From Mytilus trossulus (lineage: Eukaryota), in the NCBI RefSeq assembly GCF_036588685.1, contig NC_086385.1, positions 25,195,216-25,259,215 of the forward strand: a DNA stretch of 64,000 bases, read 5' to 3'. The translations under genes were made by a program, and so were the position numbers. This document shows positions 51,998-64,000 of this stretch, one piece after another. How positions within the stretch are numbered: position 1 is the stretch's first letter; every line of letters starts with the position of its first letter. Under the pieces are notes generated by a model. That model was not told where the DNA came from, ran no database searches, and was given only the letters and a program-made list of their open reading frames with translations.

Positions 51998-54429
51998 AAA
52001 AGTTAGATTCGGATATAATTGGCCAGTATTCATAGATTTTATAATACTGCATTGCAGTTCATCATGACACATCTGTGTTATAAAATGAAAAAGAACACGC
52101 TATCAAGATCATTGCTAATATATATTAAAAAAAAAAAGAACAATACAGAACTTGTGATGAACCTAGATATGCAGTGAAATGGTATCTCAAGCTTATTCAA
52201 ACTATCAGACATAGTGGACACGAGGAGCACATTTATGTTAATAAGTTGGAAATCCGCCGATCAATTACTTTAACAATACCTCAAAAAATTAAAAAAAAAC
52301 CAATTACTTACGAGAGGTACGGCTACTACTTGAACAGCTACTCTAGCTTGAAAATCATTTGGAAAGACTGAAAATGATACATCATTATAAATATTTCTAC
52401 ATGAGTAATACTCTATAGTTATGCCATTTAATAAATTTAACTCATAGTATGACATTGAACCGTCTCGCCATATACATTGTAGATGAGGATATGGGTTGGA
52501 TTTACAGAAGAGAGAAAAAAAAGGAAAAAAAAAGAGAGAATATTGACCTAAAAAATTAAAGAATACAGAAAAGAAGGAGACCCGGCAAGATCCTTATCAA
52601 AAGAGGAGCGTTTGTGTTGAAATAACTATGATAATTTCAATCCCGTCTCATTCCACGATCCTTTCTTTAAAGTCAGTGATTGTCTTTATTTATATCGAAA
52701 TGTTTCTTATTCTTTAGTAGAATTGTTCCTGTATTCCGGTAGTTGATGGCACATCATAGTTAGTCTCTGATAAATTGATTCATAAGTTTTCTCTATAAAC
52801 CTTATCATTTTTGTTTTTGTTTGGTGGGGGTGGGGCGGGTGGGGGCGTTGTCGGGATGGGTGGGTCACGATTGGGTTAGGGGTTGTAGTGCAAGAAACGA
52901 TCTTGTATGGGGTTGTGCTACTCAATCATTCTTTTTATATTGTTTGTAAACTATCAATATTTTTTTTCTGGTCCCTATTTTTCCACACAAAAAAAAGACA
53001 AATAATAAAGGCGAAACATATATAACATACATACTTAGGGTGGTGCATACTTATAATGTATCTTGTCGTCGCCAACTGTCATCATCGTTTGGATTACTTC
53101 CTCTTGGTTAGCATATTCTAAGTTACATAATGGACCTCAATAATCCAGTTGTTACTTCCGTTCACTTTGATCTCTTAATTGACGAGAAACGATAATGAAT
53201 ATCAGGTGATCTTTAATTTGAATTATTCGAGTTAGTAAATGAGTAACCTCTTGTTCATGGTATGAAAGAGGGGCGAAAAATACGAAAGGGACACTCAAAC
53301 TCATAAGTAGAAAATAAACAGACTACGCCATGGCTTAAAAAGAAAATATCAACATACAAACAACTGTACACAAAACACACCACAACATAGAATATTGAAA
53401 TACTGAGCAACATGAACCCTATCAAAAACTTGGGTGATATAAGGTGCTCCGGAAAGGTAAGCAAATCCTGCTCTACATGTGACATCTGTCGTGTTACTCC
53501 TATAAATTACAGTGATAAGTAATATCAAGTGAATATACTTCTCGCAATGACGGGTTAGCAATTGACTCTTAACTAACCCTAATGCATATTTAACTTTTAC
53601 ACTTACATTTCGTATAGACTGTATTAAATGCTGTAAGGTCGCTTAATTTTGTCAGAAAAGCTGTTACTTTTACAACTGAAATCAAACAAACATAATGCGG
53701 TTCTTATTTATGTATATAATCGTTGTATTGTTATTTTGTTTCAACAAGAAAAAAATATTTTGCATTCATAAACGAATGAAATTCACAAACCAATACATGA
53801 CAATAATTTAATGTACAATCAGAGTAAATCAGTATCGATGATACTATCCTGGTATCTAAAAAAAAAAAGAATCGTATAGTTACTTACATAAATATATCAA
53901 TGATTCATTAGGTGCCTTCAAATATATTATATTCATATTTCTGTTCCCTACATTTTGCAGAAAAAAAACAGTTACTTGCACGTGTTGCACAACGGAACAC
54001 ATACATTCGCAACATTTTTTATCTGACGCATTTACTCCAATCCCGAATGGGTCCTGTCAGACTGTTGACGGTAAATTCAATGCACCATCCACAGTGAATG
54101 CCATGGTCTCAGTCCGTTTTTTAATAATTGCAACAACTCTCAGGTGAAAGGGATTCGTGGGTGTTTTTTTCATGTCCCTATCCAACATTCCCTATCATGG
54201 TAATATAAGTCCCCGTCCAGTGACCTACCATTCAGTACCTGCCTTTTGTATTAGTCTAATTTGTCATCGTCCTTAATATGCATGAACTGTGTGCGCCTCG
54301 GTGTTAAGCAAGGAGCAATCAACAATCTATAAACCTTTCCAAATAATTAATCAATTTATACTACTAAAATAATGAGCTCCAATTTGTTAGTAGACATGGC
54401 GTAAACACGACGAATCAAAGAAATCAACT

Positions 54430-55005
54430 TTATATATAATTTATATAGGACAATGGTGTCGATTAAAAACAACACAATTCCAGGCCCTTTTGTTTTTCAC
54501 ATAATTAATATAACCAAAAATTAGCAAGTTCCGGGTCCCATCCGATACCATATCAATAGTAGTTGTCGGTTGTAGTAAGACATTCAGGGTGGGTTAAAAC
54601 AGAAAAATTTTGAAAGCAGAGAAAACTGTACACCTTATTATCAGTATGATCATTGATTATTTTATCAGATAATAATATAAATACTAAAAATTCAGGCTAC
54701 AAATAAGGCGTAGGTACTTTTCAACTTGAAAGCCGGCATGACGTAGAAACGACAAATGCAAAAATTCAACGTTTACATATAACTTATACAGGACAATGGT
54801 GTTGATTAACATTACACCATTGCAGGCCCTTTTGTTTTCCACATAATCGATATTACCAATAATTAACAAGTTCCGGGTCGACGAGTTCAAACAGAAAGAT
54901 TTTAAAGCAGAGAAAACTGTGTACCTTAAAATCAGCATGACTTTATCAGATGACAAGACGAATACAAGAAAAAGAGGCTAAAAATAAAGCGTAGGTACTT
55001 TAATT
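54430..55005. repeat. Tandem duplication, about 343-bp period, about 1.7 copies
   Basis: GGACAATGGTGT.GATTAA...CAGGCCCTTTTGTTTT..ACATAAT...CAAGTTCCGGGTC...AAAGCAGAGAAAACTGT at about 54448 and 54791. Confidence 0.75.
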
Positions 55006-55127
55006 TATTCAGTCACGGACCCGCGGTTGTGCTCTATAACATATTATAATTTATATAATGTAGAGTACGTATAGGAATCACTGTGTATAATTGATTTTGT
55101 TTATGGCCTGACAGTTTCTATAAAATA

Positions 55128-55135
55128 TATTATTA

Positions 55136-55199
<64 letters not shown>

Positions 55200-55298
55200 G
55201 ATTATTATGATTATTATTATTGTGCATACTATTATTATTATTATCCTTATTTTAGTTATTATTATTTTATCATGATTAGTATTAATATTATTATTTTA
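55128..55298. repeat. (ATT)n microsatellite running into an assembly gap
   Basis: Long ATT tract; a second tract at about 55875-55918 precedes the second gap. Confidence 0.95.
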
Positions 55299-55878
55299 NN
55301 NNNNNNNNNNNNNNNNNNNNNNNNNNNNNNNNNNNNNNNNNNNNNNNNNNNNNNNNNNNNNNNNNNNNNNNNNNNNNNNNNNNNNNNNNNNNNNNNNNNN
55401 NNNNNNNNNNNNNNNNNNNNNNNNNNNNNNNNNNNNNNNNNNNNNNNNNNNNNNNNNNNNNNNNNNNNNNNNNNNNNNNNNNNNNNNNNNNNNNNNNNNN
55501 NNNNNNNNNNNNNNNNNNNNNNNNNNNNNNNNNNNNNNNNNNNNNNNNNNNNNNNNNNNNNNNNNNNNNNNNNNNNNNNNNNNNNNGTATAGTAATATAA
55601 TATTTCACACAGAACGTAACCAAAAGTTAGCGTGCAATAAATTCTAATATTGCACTAGTGCAATAAATCTTCAAAATTCATGACGTCATCAACGTTTAAA
55701 TCTTAGTTTAAACCAATTCTTACTTTCAAATATTATATTGCTATACAATAAAAGGGTTATTGCATGAGTATTGGGGAATATTGTCCCTCGTAGAACATAT
55801 ATTGCACTCGCAAGCTCGTGCAATATAAAATTCTACTCGGGACAATATTCCCCAATATTCATGCAAGAACCCTATATT

Positions 55879-55909
<31 letters not shown>

Positions 55910-56091
55910 TTATTGTTANNNNNNNNNNNNNNNNNNNNNNNNNNNNNNNNNNNNNNNNNNNNNNNNNNNNNNNNNNNNNNNNNNNNNNNNNNNNNNNNNN
56001 NNNNNNNNNNNNNNNNNNNNNNNNNNNNNNNNNNNNNNNNNNNNNNNNNNNNNNNNNNNNNNNNNNNNNNNNNNNNNNNNNNNNNNNNNNN
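55299..56091. other. Scaffold gaps (N runs 55299-55586 and 55919-56091) around a 332-bp contig
   Basis: N runs in the sequence. Confidence 1.
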
Positions 56092-56094
56092 TAC

Positions 56095-58513
56095 CATCCT
56101 TGAAATTACCACCAGCAGCCTCTAATACTGCACCAATATTCCTGAATATCTATGGAATGAAAAGTATGCAACTGTACGCCGGTTTTGACAATGCTAAGGA
56201 CATGTCAGTGTAAGATAAGATAAAATAAAAATGCATTTGTATTTTTACTTCGTGCTCTAGGAGGCAGGAAGATAGTCTAGGTGCCGTTGGAAAAATTTTC
56301 AGGTCACGTGGTACAATTTCAGCTTCCGTTTGGCAATTTGATATATAGTGAAAGGTCGATTTGTTCATGTTATAATATTAAATGTACTCTGATTTATAAA
56401 AAATATAGCAAATTATCACAAAGAAAGATTCATTGGTAAATGTATGTTGTACTTTCTTTTGATCAATGAATCATTCATGATTTTGTCTTGAAATGGTGGG
56501 AATTTTTTTCGATCAGTTAAATCACAAGGCAAATTAATATTTCCTTAGTTCTCAAGTAAATTGATATTTATTCTAACAGATAAAGAATGTTGTTCTTACA
56601 GCCTGAAACATGAAAGTATCCTTAAGGCTCCATCCCTTGCATAGTAAGTCGATAAAAACAACATGCAATTTTCAAATAAAATGATCCAATATGTTGGTGC
56701 AATATAACTAATACGGGTTGTTTACAAATAACCAGTTCACAAACGTAATATGTCATTGTGCTTAAACTAAGACTGCAAATCCTTAAATCAATGCTACATT
56801 AGACGGTTCAGGTTGTTCTAATTTGGCTATGCTTGGTTTGGTTTAAGAATGCTTTTTTTTAATTTTCGGCCTTTCGACCACGAGGTTAATAGATGATTAA
56901 AAATATATCTACAAACATGTGCTATAGGTATTGGTATTTCATTTGTAAACAAAGCGTACATTTGTACCAATCACATAAATTATAACCGGTATTGAAATAT
57001 AGGCTACTAGACGGATGGAAAGCGGATACAGTTCTTTTTTTTTGTATGTAAGTTCGTCAATTTCTTTTCCGTTTTTCGTTTTCAGTAATAATACAACTGG
57101 AAACCAAGTCGATAAGCGATCAAGCAGTTGTTGTATGGAACACGTATCCTATTTACGTTTTGTGCTCACCTGTATCGTTTCCGGAATTATACCGCCAGGA
57201 ACCAGTTGAAGTGTAACAGGATCTCTTCCTATTTGTCCAGCCAGGTATAGAGTATTTCCAGCCAACACAGCTTGACTAAAAAATTAAAACATCAGAATAA
57301 GTCATCAGAGGAAAATAACAAAATTACAAAATTACAAAAGTACATTTTTACTTTAGATAGATAATCATTGATATTTTTTTAAGGGGACAAACATTACAGG
57401 GTCATTGTAAATTAATTACAACTGTTGATTACAAATACTCTGCCAGGACGGACTGGTAAAATTTGATAACATACACATGACGTATATTTGTTTTGCTGCT
57501 TTTTGACATGATGTTGAAAATACTTTAGAAAACTTAAATAATAAATTTATCTTATTCAAACTTCCACCTCTTTGGGTTAAAGAAACGGCAGAATGCTGCG
57601 CATTTATGTGTATCAAAATTAGTGCAAGTGATCCACTTTTAATTAGTAGAAAAAAACACTTGGTCAAACAATATAGGAGAATAAATAAAAATGGCCGACA
57701 AAAATGAAGAATAAACAAATGAAGACGAACTTTTGGAATATTCTATAATTTATTCAAATCTTCAAAAAATATACTGTTATAATTGTAATTAGTGTCTTCT
57801 TGTACTTCTCCGACAGATGTTCTATATTGTGTGCATTAAAATATGACATTTCTCGTTATATATGCGGTATCACTACACAGCGCAAACTCGAAGGGAAACC
57901 CCGTGATAAAAGAAACGGTAAACAAACGCGAAAATAAGATGCCCATCAGTTCGACACAGAACATAAACAACTTAAACATGTGCAATTATAAAAAAAATAC
58001 TTAAAATTTACAATGAAATAATTATTAAACATATGAATCAATAAATAATTGACTAATCAATTGTTACTTGCATCCACTGGCAAACATTTTAATGCACATA
58101 CAGGTCGAAAACATATCAACAATCACACTGTAAAGTGGATTTGGAATTTCGGCAGCACCTTTATTTACATGCATACATGTACGCTCCCAGCAACCAATGT
58201 ACGGGAGTATTCTCCCCTGAACCCTGTTCCCCAAAGAGAAGTGTCAGTAAAGATTTGTTGATTTTGTAAGCTTGCCTTACACAATTACACTTTTTAAAGT
58301 GACAAATCATGGTACATGTGGTAGTGCATTTCAGTTTCACATTTACTTCTGAATTATTGAGTCTCCCTTGACTCTCAAAATACCATTAACCCTACTTCCC
58401 CAAGTGTTCGTATAACAATACCTGAAAGGTAAATCTAATATAGGAGCTTTGTCAGTTTCAATAATCTTCTTTGTAACAGGTATACATGATGGTCTGTGTC
58501 TCGAATATGGTGT
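56095..58513 (-). CDS. RIDA: RidA/YjgF/UK114-family imine deaminase, partial (exons 58422-58513, 57170-57275, 56095-56149); 3' exons not visible
   Basis: Spliced translation: TPYSRHRPSCIPVTKKIIETDKAPILDLPF|SQAVLAGNTLYLAGQIGRDPVTLQLVPGGIIPETIQ|IFRNIGAVLEAAGGNFKD. Canonical GT-AG sites; intron positions and phases (2, 0, 1) are those expected for animal RIDA. The next intron runs into the N gap. Confidence 0.9.
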
Positions 58514-58984
58514 CTGAAATACAAGAAGGAACAGATGAAAACGAATAGTAAACCCGCAAAAAATCCTCCTGGCTTCCCCCTCAAGAATGTCAAATGGTTG
58601 TCCTCTTAGATGATTTAAAACAACATCCATGAGTAATTTGATATTAAAATCACAAATGTATGGGTTAAAACGAGATAAATTTCAAAAGGGCCACGAATGT
58701 CAATCAGTTGAAGAAAACTGATAAAACCATCATACAAACATAGGTCTACAGAACATTTATAATTTATACAGAGAACTTAGTCTAATGATTAAGCAAACTG
58801 CGCTGCCACACAGTAGGCGCGGCAGTCTTTGTTTCAATACCAAACACATCAAATTGATAAAGTGCTTATTTTATTTTGGGTAGTGGTGCTTAGTGACAAA
58901 GAAAACAAACATCATTCACTTCATAATTACATACCTTACGTCATCATTAGGTGATTTGATATTGTCATATATTTTTAACAGTAT

Positions 58985-59380
58985 GTTTGTTGTATATTGC
59001 CAATGAGACAACTATCAACCAAAGTTGAAATGAAGTGGATGTTAGCAATTATAGGTAACCACGACCTTCAACAATGGAAAAATCACATACAGTATAGTCG
59101 GTTATCAAAAGCCTCGACATGAAAAATATGTAACAATTTAATTGAGAAAACTAACGGCCTAATTTATAACAAAACAATTTACGAAAACCAAGAATGACCG
59201 ACATGAACGTACGACAACAAATGAACAACGGGTTCCTGACTTGGGACAGGCACATAAAGAATGTGGCGGATTTAAATATGTTTGTGAGGGCTCGACTCTC
59301 CCCTAACCTGGGAAAGTGTGGTTACATCAGAACATACATGTAGGAACAAACTTTAAAAATCAGTTGAAAAGGGCTGAACT
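58985..59380 (-). mobile_element. 5'-truncated copy of the Penelope-like 3' end (abundant dispersed repeat)
   Basis: Aligns with 31985-32380 (TTGCCAATGAGACAACT...GTATAGTC...CTGACTTGGGACAGGCACAT...AAATCAGTTGAAAAGGGCT). Confidence 0.75.
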
Positions 59381-59521
59381 AGTTGTCAAGTTATTTTGTT
59401 AAGTTACAAGTTTTGTTAAAGATTTCTATCTTCATTTCTGAATACAACAGTTTCCACTTGAATTTATGCAAGCAACATGCAGCCAATCAATCAATATACT
59501 AACGCTTCTAAAAACAGTCAC

Positions 59522-59600
59522 CTTGCTTCTCATGGTCAGGTATGGATTGTATGCCTGATAAGAAAATAACTAGAAGCAAAACTACTAGAAAAGACCTCAT
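59522..59600 (-). CDS. Candidate first coding exon encoding a signal peptide, probably of the RidA-like gene
   Basis: ATG at 59600; MRSFLVVLLLVIFLSGIQS-IPDHEKQ followed by a GT donor (phase 1). The downstream RidA exon starts in phase 0, so an intermediate exon is required. Confidence 0.5.
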
Positions 59601-62264
59601 TGCTAAAGTTTAATAGATTTTTCGACAACTTACAACTTCAAAGATATCAATGCTAGTGTTTGACAACTAATTCGACAACTAAGATATGCAAACAGATGTG
59701 ACAAAGATTGATAAACAAGTTATTTTTAAATGATGTGTTAAATGCAATGATGTGCAGAATTTAAATAATCAAAAAAATTATCCCAAAAAAATGTGTAAAC
59801 CTAAGGGAAAATGTTTCATCTTGATACATGTTAATTGCTATAAGCTGAAAGAAAGATAAAGTAAAATGCATATTAAATTTACAGCCTATATTCTATTTTG
59901 AAAAAGGTCTGATGTATAACCATGTGATACTCCAAAATCCATTGAGATAAAGTTAAAAAACAAAAAATTACAAACTCTTAGGAACAATTAAAACGGATAG
60001 TCCTAAATGGCAAAATCAAAAGCTCAAACATATCAAATAATTGAAAAGCAACTGTCATATTTCTAACTTGGTACAGGCATTTTCTTATGTATAAAATATT
60101 GTATTAAACCTGGCTTTATAGATAGATAAACCTCTCACTTCCATGAAATTTGCATAGAATTCCATTATATTGACAACAATGTGAGAGCAAATCAAACCGA
60201 CACGATAGGTAAAAGTGTAAAAAATTGGGGAACAGCAGTCACTAGAAAAATAATCTTTAGAAATTACTTTAGAAATAATCCACAATTTATTCTTATTGAT
60301 TCCTTTATAACATCACACATATGTTTTATTGCAAACTACAAAGGAATGTTTTGAATTGAACCCTATGAATGCGACGTTTTTAGAAAAACCAAATATTGTA
60401 CATTGTTTTATTTAGTGACGGATCAAAGACATTCAAACAGCGGATCCGGACGGCCCACGAGAAAATGCAAAAGTACAAATGATCGGTCGAACCCCCCTGT
60501 CATGGATCCTCCAAGAGTTACGGAGGTCACACATTTTGTTGACCAGAGCAACATATCATTGACTGTTGACTGATTCTGATCAGTTGACCACCCCATACGT
60601 CGGTCAAATGATTAGAGTTGTGTGGGATTTGTCTGTCGTCCTAAATGTGGTTCAAGGCTATGATCTTTGAGTTAGGAAGATAATAAGTTTCTTACACCTT
60701 TTCGAATATGTTTTTCAAAGATTTTTCTTAATTTTCCTTGGTTAATATTCTATTCAGGGAATGCTTTTGTTTGTCTTCTTCTTAACTTTCAGACTAAAAT
60801 GAAATATCCTTTGGCAGCGTCCAGATCTAGCAGCAATTGTTAAATGTCGTAACTGTGTTTGATATTTGCCACATTAAATGAATTACATTAACTTATGGAT
60901 AAAGTACTTTTCTGGAAATCAGACATGTATGTAAATAGATTATCAGAAAAAAAGGCAATTAAAGCACTTTCAAAACTTCCTCCCATTAAACCAAAGTTAA
61001 TACTCATATCTGACATTAAATTAAATTAAATTACATTTAACGGACAATAATTGTAACTTAATGAAACGCACAAAAGAGGCTTCGGTCTAAGATCATCAAC
61101 AGATCAGCATCGTCACAATTTTTTAGGATACATGTTTCGTTATTATCAACTACAAACTGTTTTTGCTGCCGTCTTTGCTAGATATAATAGTAGATTTGTT
61201 TTGTTAATTTTATTAAAGTTCTGTTGTATACCATTTATTTGTGTTTACACAATGTTGTCTCCTAGATTCCAATTATTGTCATGATATCCTTATATGTTTG
61301 TTTGGATTGCTCACACGATTTTGTAAATAGGACGGAACTATAAAAAAAACTGGCATGCAAGTGAGAGTTTAACCTGGCTATAAACACTAGATACCAGGCG
61401 TATAATTTGGTTACGCCATATATGCGTCTCGTGCAAATTAGACTAATTAATAGCGTTCAACTCAACAGTTTAAGATCGATTCAAATACGAAGTTAAGGAG
61501 CATTTTAAAACGACTAAGGTTATATATTCCTTGTTTCGAATGATTCAACATTTTACAAAATTACAATAAATGTACAAAAACCAGGGTTGACCGACCATAT
61601 TGTGAAAACGCCTGCAACAATTCAGGAATATGGCGGTTGTTTTCCAGTTGCTAGTCGGTTTTGGCAGGTTTTAAAGATAGAATAATCCTGTTTTTAATTT
61701 ACGTTGAAAGTCGGAATTATTGTTCATACATTTTTCGCTATGTCACAAAGTAACTTTTGTCTTTTATGTTTGTTTTTTTGTTTTGTACCAAACTGTTAAG
61801 TTTATCTATTTCCAACTGTTGTACAGTTTGTGTTTGTGTTTTTTAAACGTCTGCTCTAGGCTAGTTTGAGGGTTTAGCGCTGTCAAACATGTTAAAACCG
61901 GACGGATTTTATGTACCAGTTCAATAATAGAAACCTGTAAATCGGTGGTTGGCGTTGGGTGCTGTCTGTCATATCTGTTTTCGTTAATCTTTTTATCCAA
62001 TGGCTTTCTCGTTTGCATAGTTTTGTATTTGTCCTTATGAGGCTATATAATGCTTATTATACAGTATTTGTTCTCCTCATTGTTAAAGGAAGTTCGGAAA
62101 CCTATAGTTTTTCACATTTAATACTAGAAATAATAGTACTTATGAACTGGAAATGAACATCCAAACAGTCCAATGGCAGCTTCTTTGAATTCATGCGCCG
62201 ATTCAACAGTTACATCCTATGTAAAATTTGTTTCCACTTATTATGATGCATATCTTCACATCAA

Positions 62265-62665
62265 AATAAGGAGATGTGGTATATGATTGCCATTGAGACA
62301 ACCATCCACAAACGTTCATATTAAGTTCAGTGGATGTAAACAGTTAAAGGCTCCGTAGGCCTTTAACAATGAGAAAAACCCATACCGTATAGTCGGCTAT
62401 AAAAGGCCCAGACATGAAAAATATGAAACAATTCAATTATTTATAACAAAACAATTTTATGAAAAACAGATATGACAGACATGAATCATCGACAACCATA
62501 GACCTACAGGTTCCAGACTTGGGACAGGCACATACAGATTGTGGCGGGGTTAAACATTTTTCATTTTCGAATGCTTCAACCCTCCCTAACCTGCGAAAAT
62601 GGTGTAGCAGTACAATATAAGAACAAATTATGAAATGAGTTGAAAAGGGCTTAGCTCATCAGATC
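62265..62665 (-). mobile_element. 5'-truncated copy of the Penelope-like 3' end (abundant dispersed repeat)
   Basis: Same motif order as 31985-32380 and 58985-59380. Confidence 0.75.
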
Positions 62666-63007
62666 GATCCAAAGTATATATGTATGCTTAACATATTTAC
62701 ATCATCCATGTTTTGAATATTGTCTAAAGTGTCAGCGTTGTAGGTTTGGAAGATACCACAAATAAATTAATATCTTTTTATGCTTTTTATGCTTTTTCAT
62801 GATCAAGATCATACTACATTTCTATACTTAAAGTGTTGAATTGATCTACAAATAATCAGATCTTGATACTCATAGTTACTTTTCACACATCATAGGTTGT
62901 GATATACATGTCAAATGACAAGTGTTAAAATATATTTAGTTTATTCAGCTATAGTATCATAATATGTTGACAAAAAAATTGAAAATAGCACGTTTAATAA
63001 TTTCAAT

Positions 63008-63049
63008 GCGTCCGAAGCGCTTTTCTGGATTTGCCTTCATCAGGAACGC
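63008..63049 (-). ncRNA. Minimal type I hammerhead ribozyme
   Basis: gcgttc-CTGATGA-a-gg-caaat-cc-a-GAAA-agcgct-TC^-ggacgc: catalytic core, short stem II, palindromic stem III (AGCGCT) and stem I GCGTTC/GGACGC. Confidence 0.8.
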
Positions 63050-63358
63050 TCGAAGCCAAACATTTGAAATCCAAGGATGTATAAGAACCGAAACCGTTGA
63101 AGAGCAATATGACAAACATACCTAAAATTGATTGCCAACTTCATCTAAAGTCAACTTTGCCTGAGGGAGTTGAAACCTTAGTTTCTTAACAATTTCAAAA
63201 TTTATAAACGGACAATTTTAGAAAAATTTGTTAAATCCTGTCAGTACCGAAGTGCTGACTACTGAGCTGATGATACCCTCGGGGACTGAAAGTCCACCAG
63301 AAGAGGTATCGACCCAGTGGCGTAAAAATATGAAAACAACACGTTTAATATTTTCAAT

Positions 63359-63400
63359 GCGTCCGAAGCGCTTTTCTGGATTTTTTGTCATCAGGAACGC
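63359..63400 (-). ncRNA. Second hammerhead copy with disrupted stem II
   Basis: gcgttc-CTGATGA-caaaaaatcca-GAAA-agcgct-TC-ggacgc; the GG of stem II is lost. Confidence 0.65.
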
Positions 63401-64000
63401 TCAAAGCCAAACATTTGAAATCCGAGGATGTATAAGTACCGAAACCGTTGAAGAGCTATATGACAAAAATACTTAAAATTGATAGAGCATTGCTTTTTGT
63501 CTTTTTACTAGTTTCACATATTTACTGATCTTCGTTAATTTACCTAGCAAAGTGTTTTGGTAACTCTAAACTTAATCATTATAATTGACTATTCAAAAAT
63601 ATAAAAAAAAGAGACAAAAGATACCAAGAAAACGATCTAATACGTAAGTTGAAGAGAATACAATAGCCAAAAAGATAACCAGACAACAGTCCACAAACAC
63701 TACACAATACACTAAAGATTGTGCATTACTAATACATGTACGACAATAAAATTGAAGGTAACCTACGAAAAACGTGAAAAAAAACAAAACGCAATGATTA
63801 TAGAAAATTTCATTCAAATTTTAAAATTCAATTTACAATTTTAACACGACATGCCGTGTAATGAACACAATACAATTGCAAACTACAAAAAAAGGAATAC
63901 ATAACAAAGACGATTTTCATATATTTTAAGGATGTTCACTGTAGCAAATACAATTCAAAATTCTAAATGCAATCGTTTTGTATCAAGGTTTCCGATCAGA

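Larger units (their letters stand above)
62981..63483 (-). mobile_element. Non-LTR retrozyme: about 1.4 tandem units of 351 nt, each with a type I hammerhead ribozyme
   Basis: Direct repeat 62981-63132 versus about 63332-63483; hammerhead motifs start at 63008 and 63359 (351 nt apart). Confidence 0.8.

Noticed and set aside
53030-53950. Possible downstream RidA exons (53887-53947 and about 53035-53118)
   Set aside because: Translations lack the VKxTVxL, PARxxxxV and xEIE motifs, and joining them creates a stop.
55272-56213. ORFs of 70-131 aa in the ORF track
   Set aside because: Artefacts of N runs and ATT microsatellites.
63262-63300. Plus-strand hammerhead (CTGATGA...GAAA GTC)
   Set aside because: There is no room for stem III between GAAA and UC; better explained as the hairpin GGAC-TGAAA-GTCC within the retrozyme body.

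Overview
AT-rich eukaryotic (animal) genomic DNA with spliceosomal introns, two N gaps and repeat families typical of a bivalve, most likely a Mytilus mussel (inferred from repeat content). Most of the window is nested mobile DNA: (i) a nearly intact AcademX DNA transposon (DDE transposase + XPG/PIN nuclease + Cys-rich tail) and two decayed copies of a second Academ family; (ii) three Penelope-like retroelements of Naiad type, one with an in-frame UGA at a conserved Cys and a type II SECIS-like hairpin in its 3' UTR; (iii) a decayed P-element-like transposase carrying an NHL/beta-propeller insert, split by a Tc1 element; (iv) a decayed long-inverted-repeat (MULE/NOF-like) element; (v) nested Harbinger-type MITEs; (vi) a hammerhead-ribozyme retrozyme with a 351-nt period; (vii) several minisatellites. 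Host-type genes are a disabled multi-exon ankyrin-repeat gene (minus strand, 286-10941), an orphan frameshifted fibrinogen-domain exon, and the 5' exons of a RidA/UK114 gene that may carry a signal peptide. All calls come from manual reading and translation; no searches were run.
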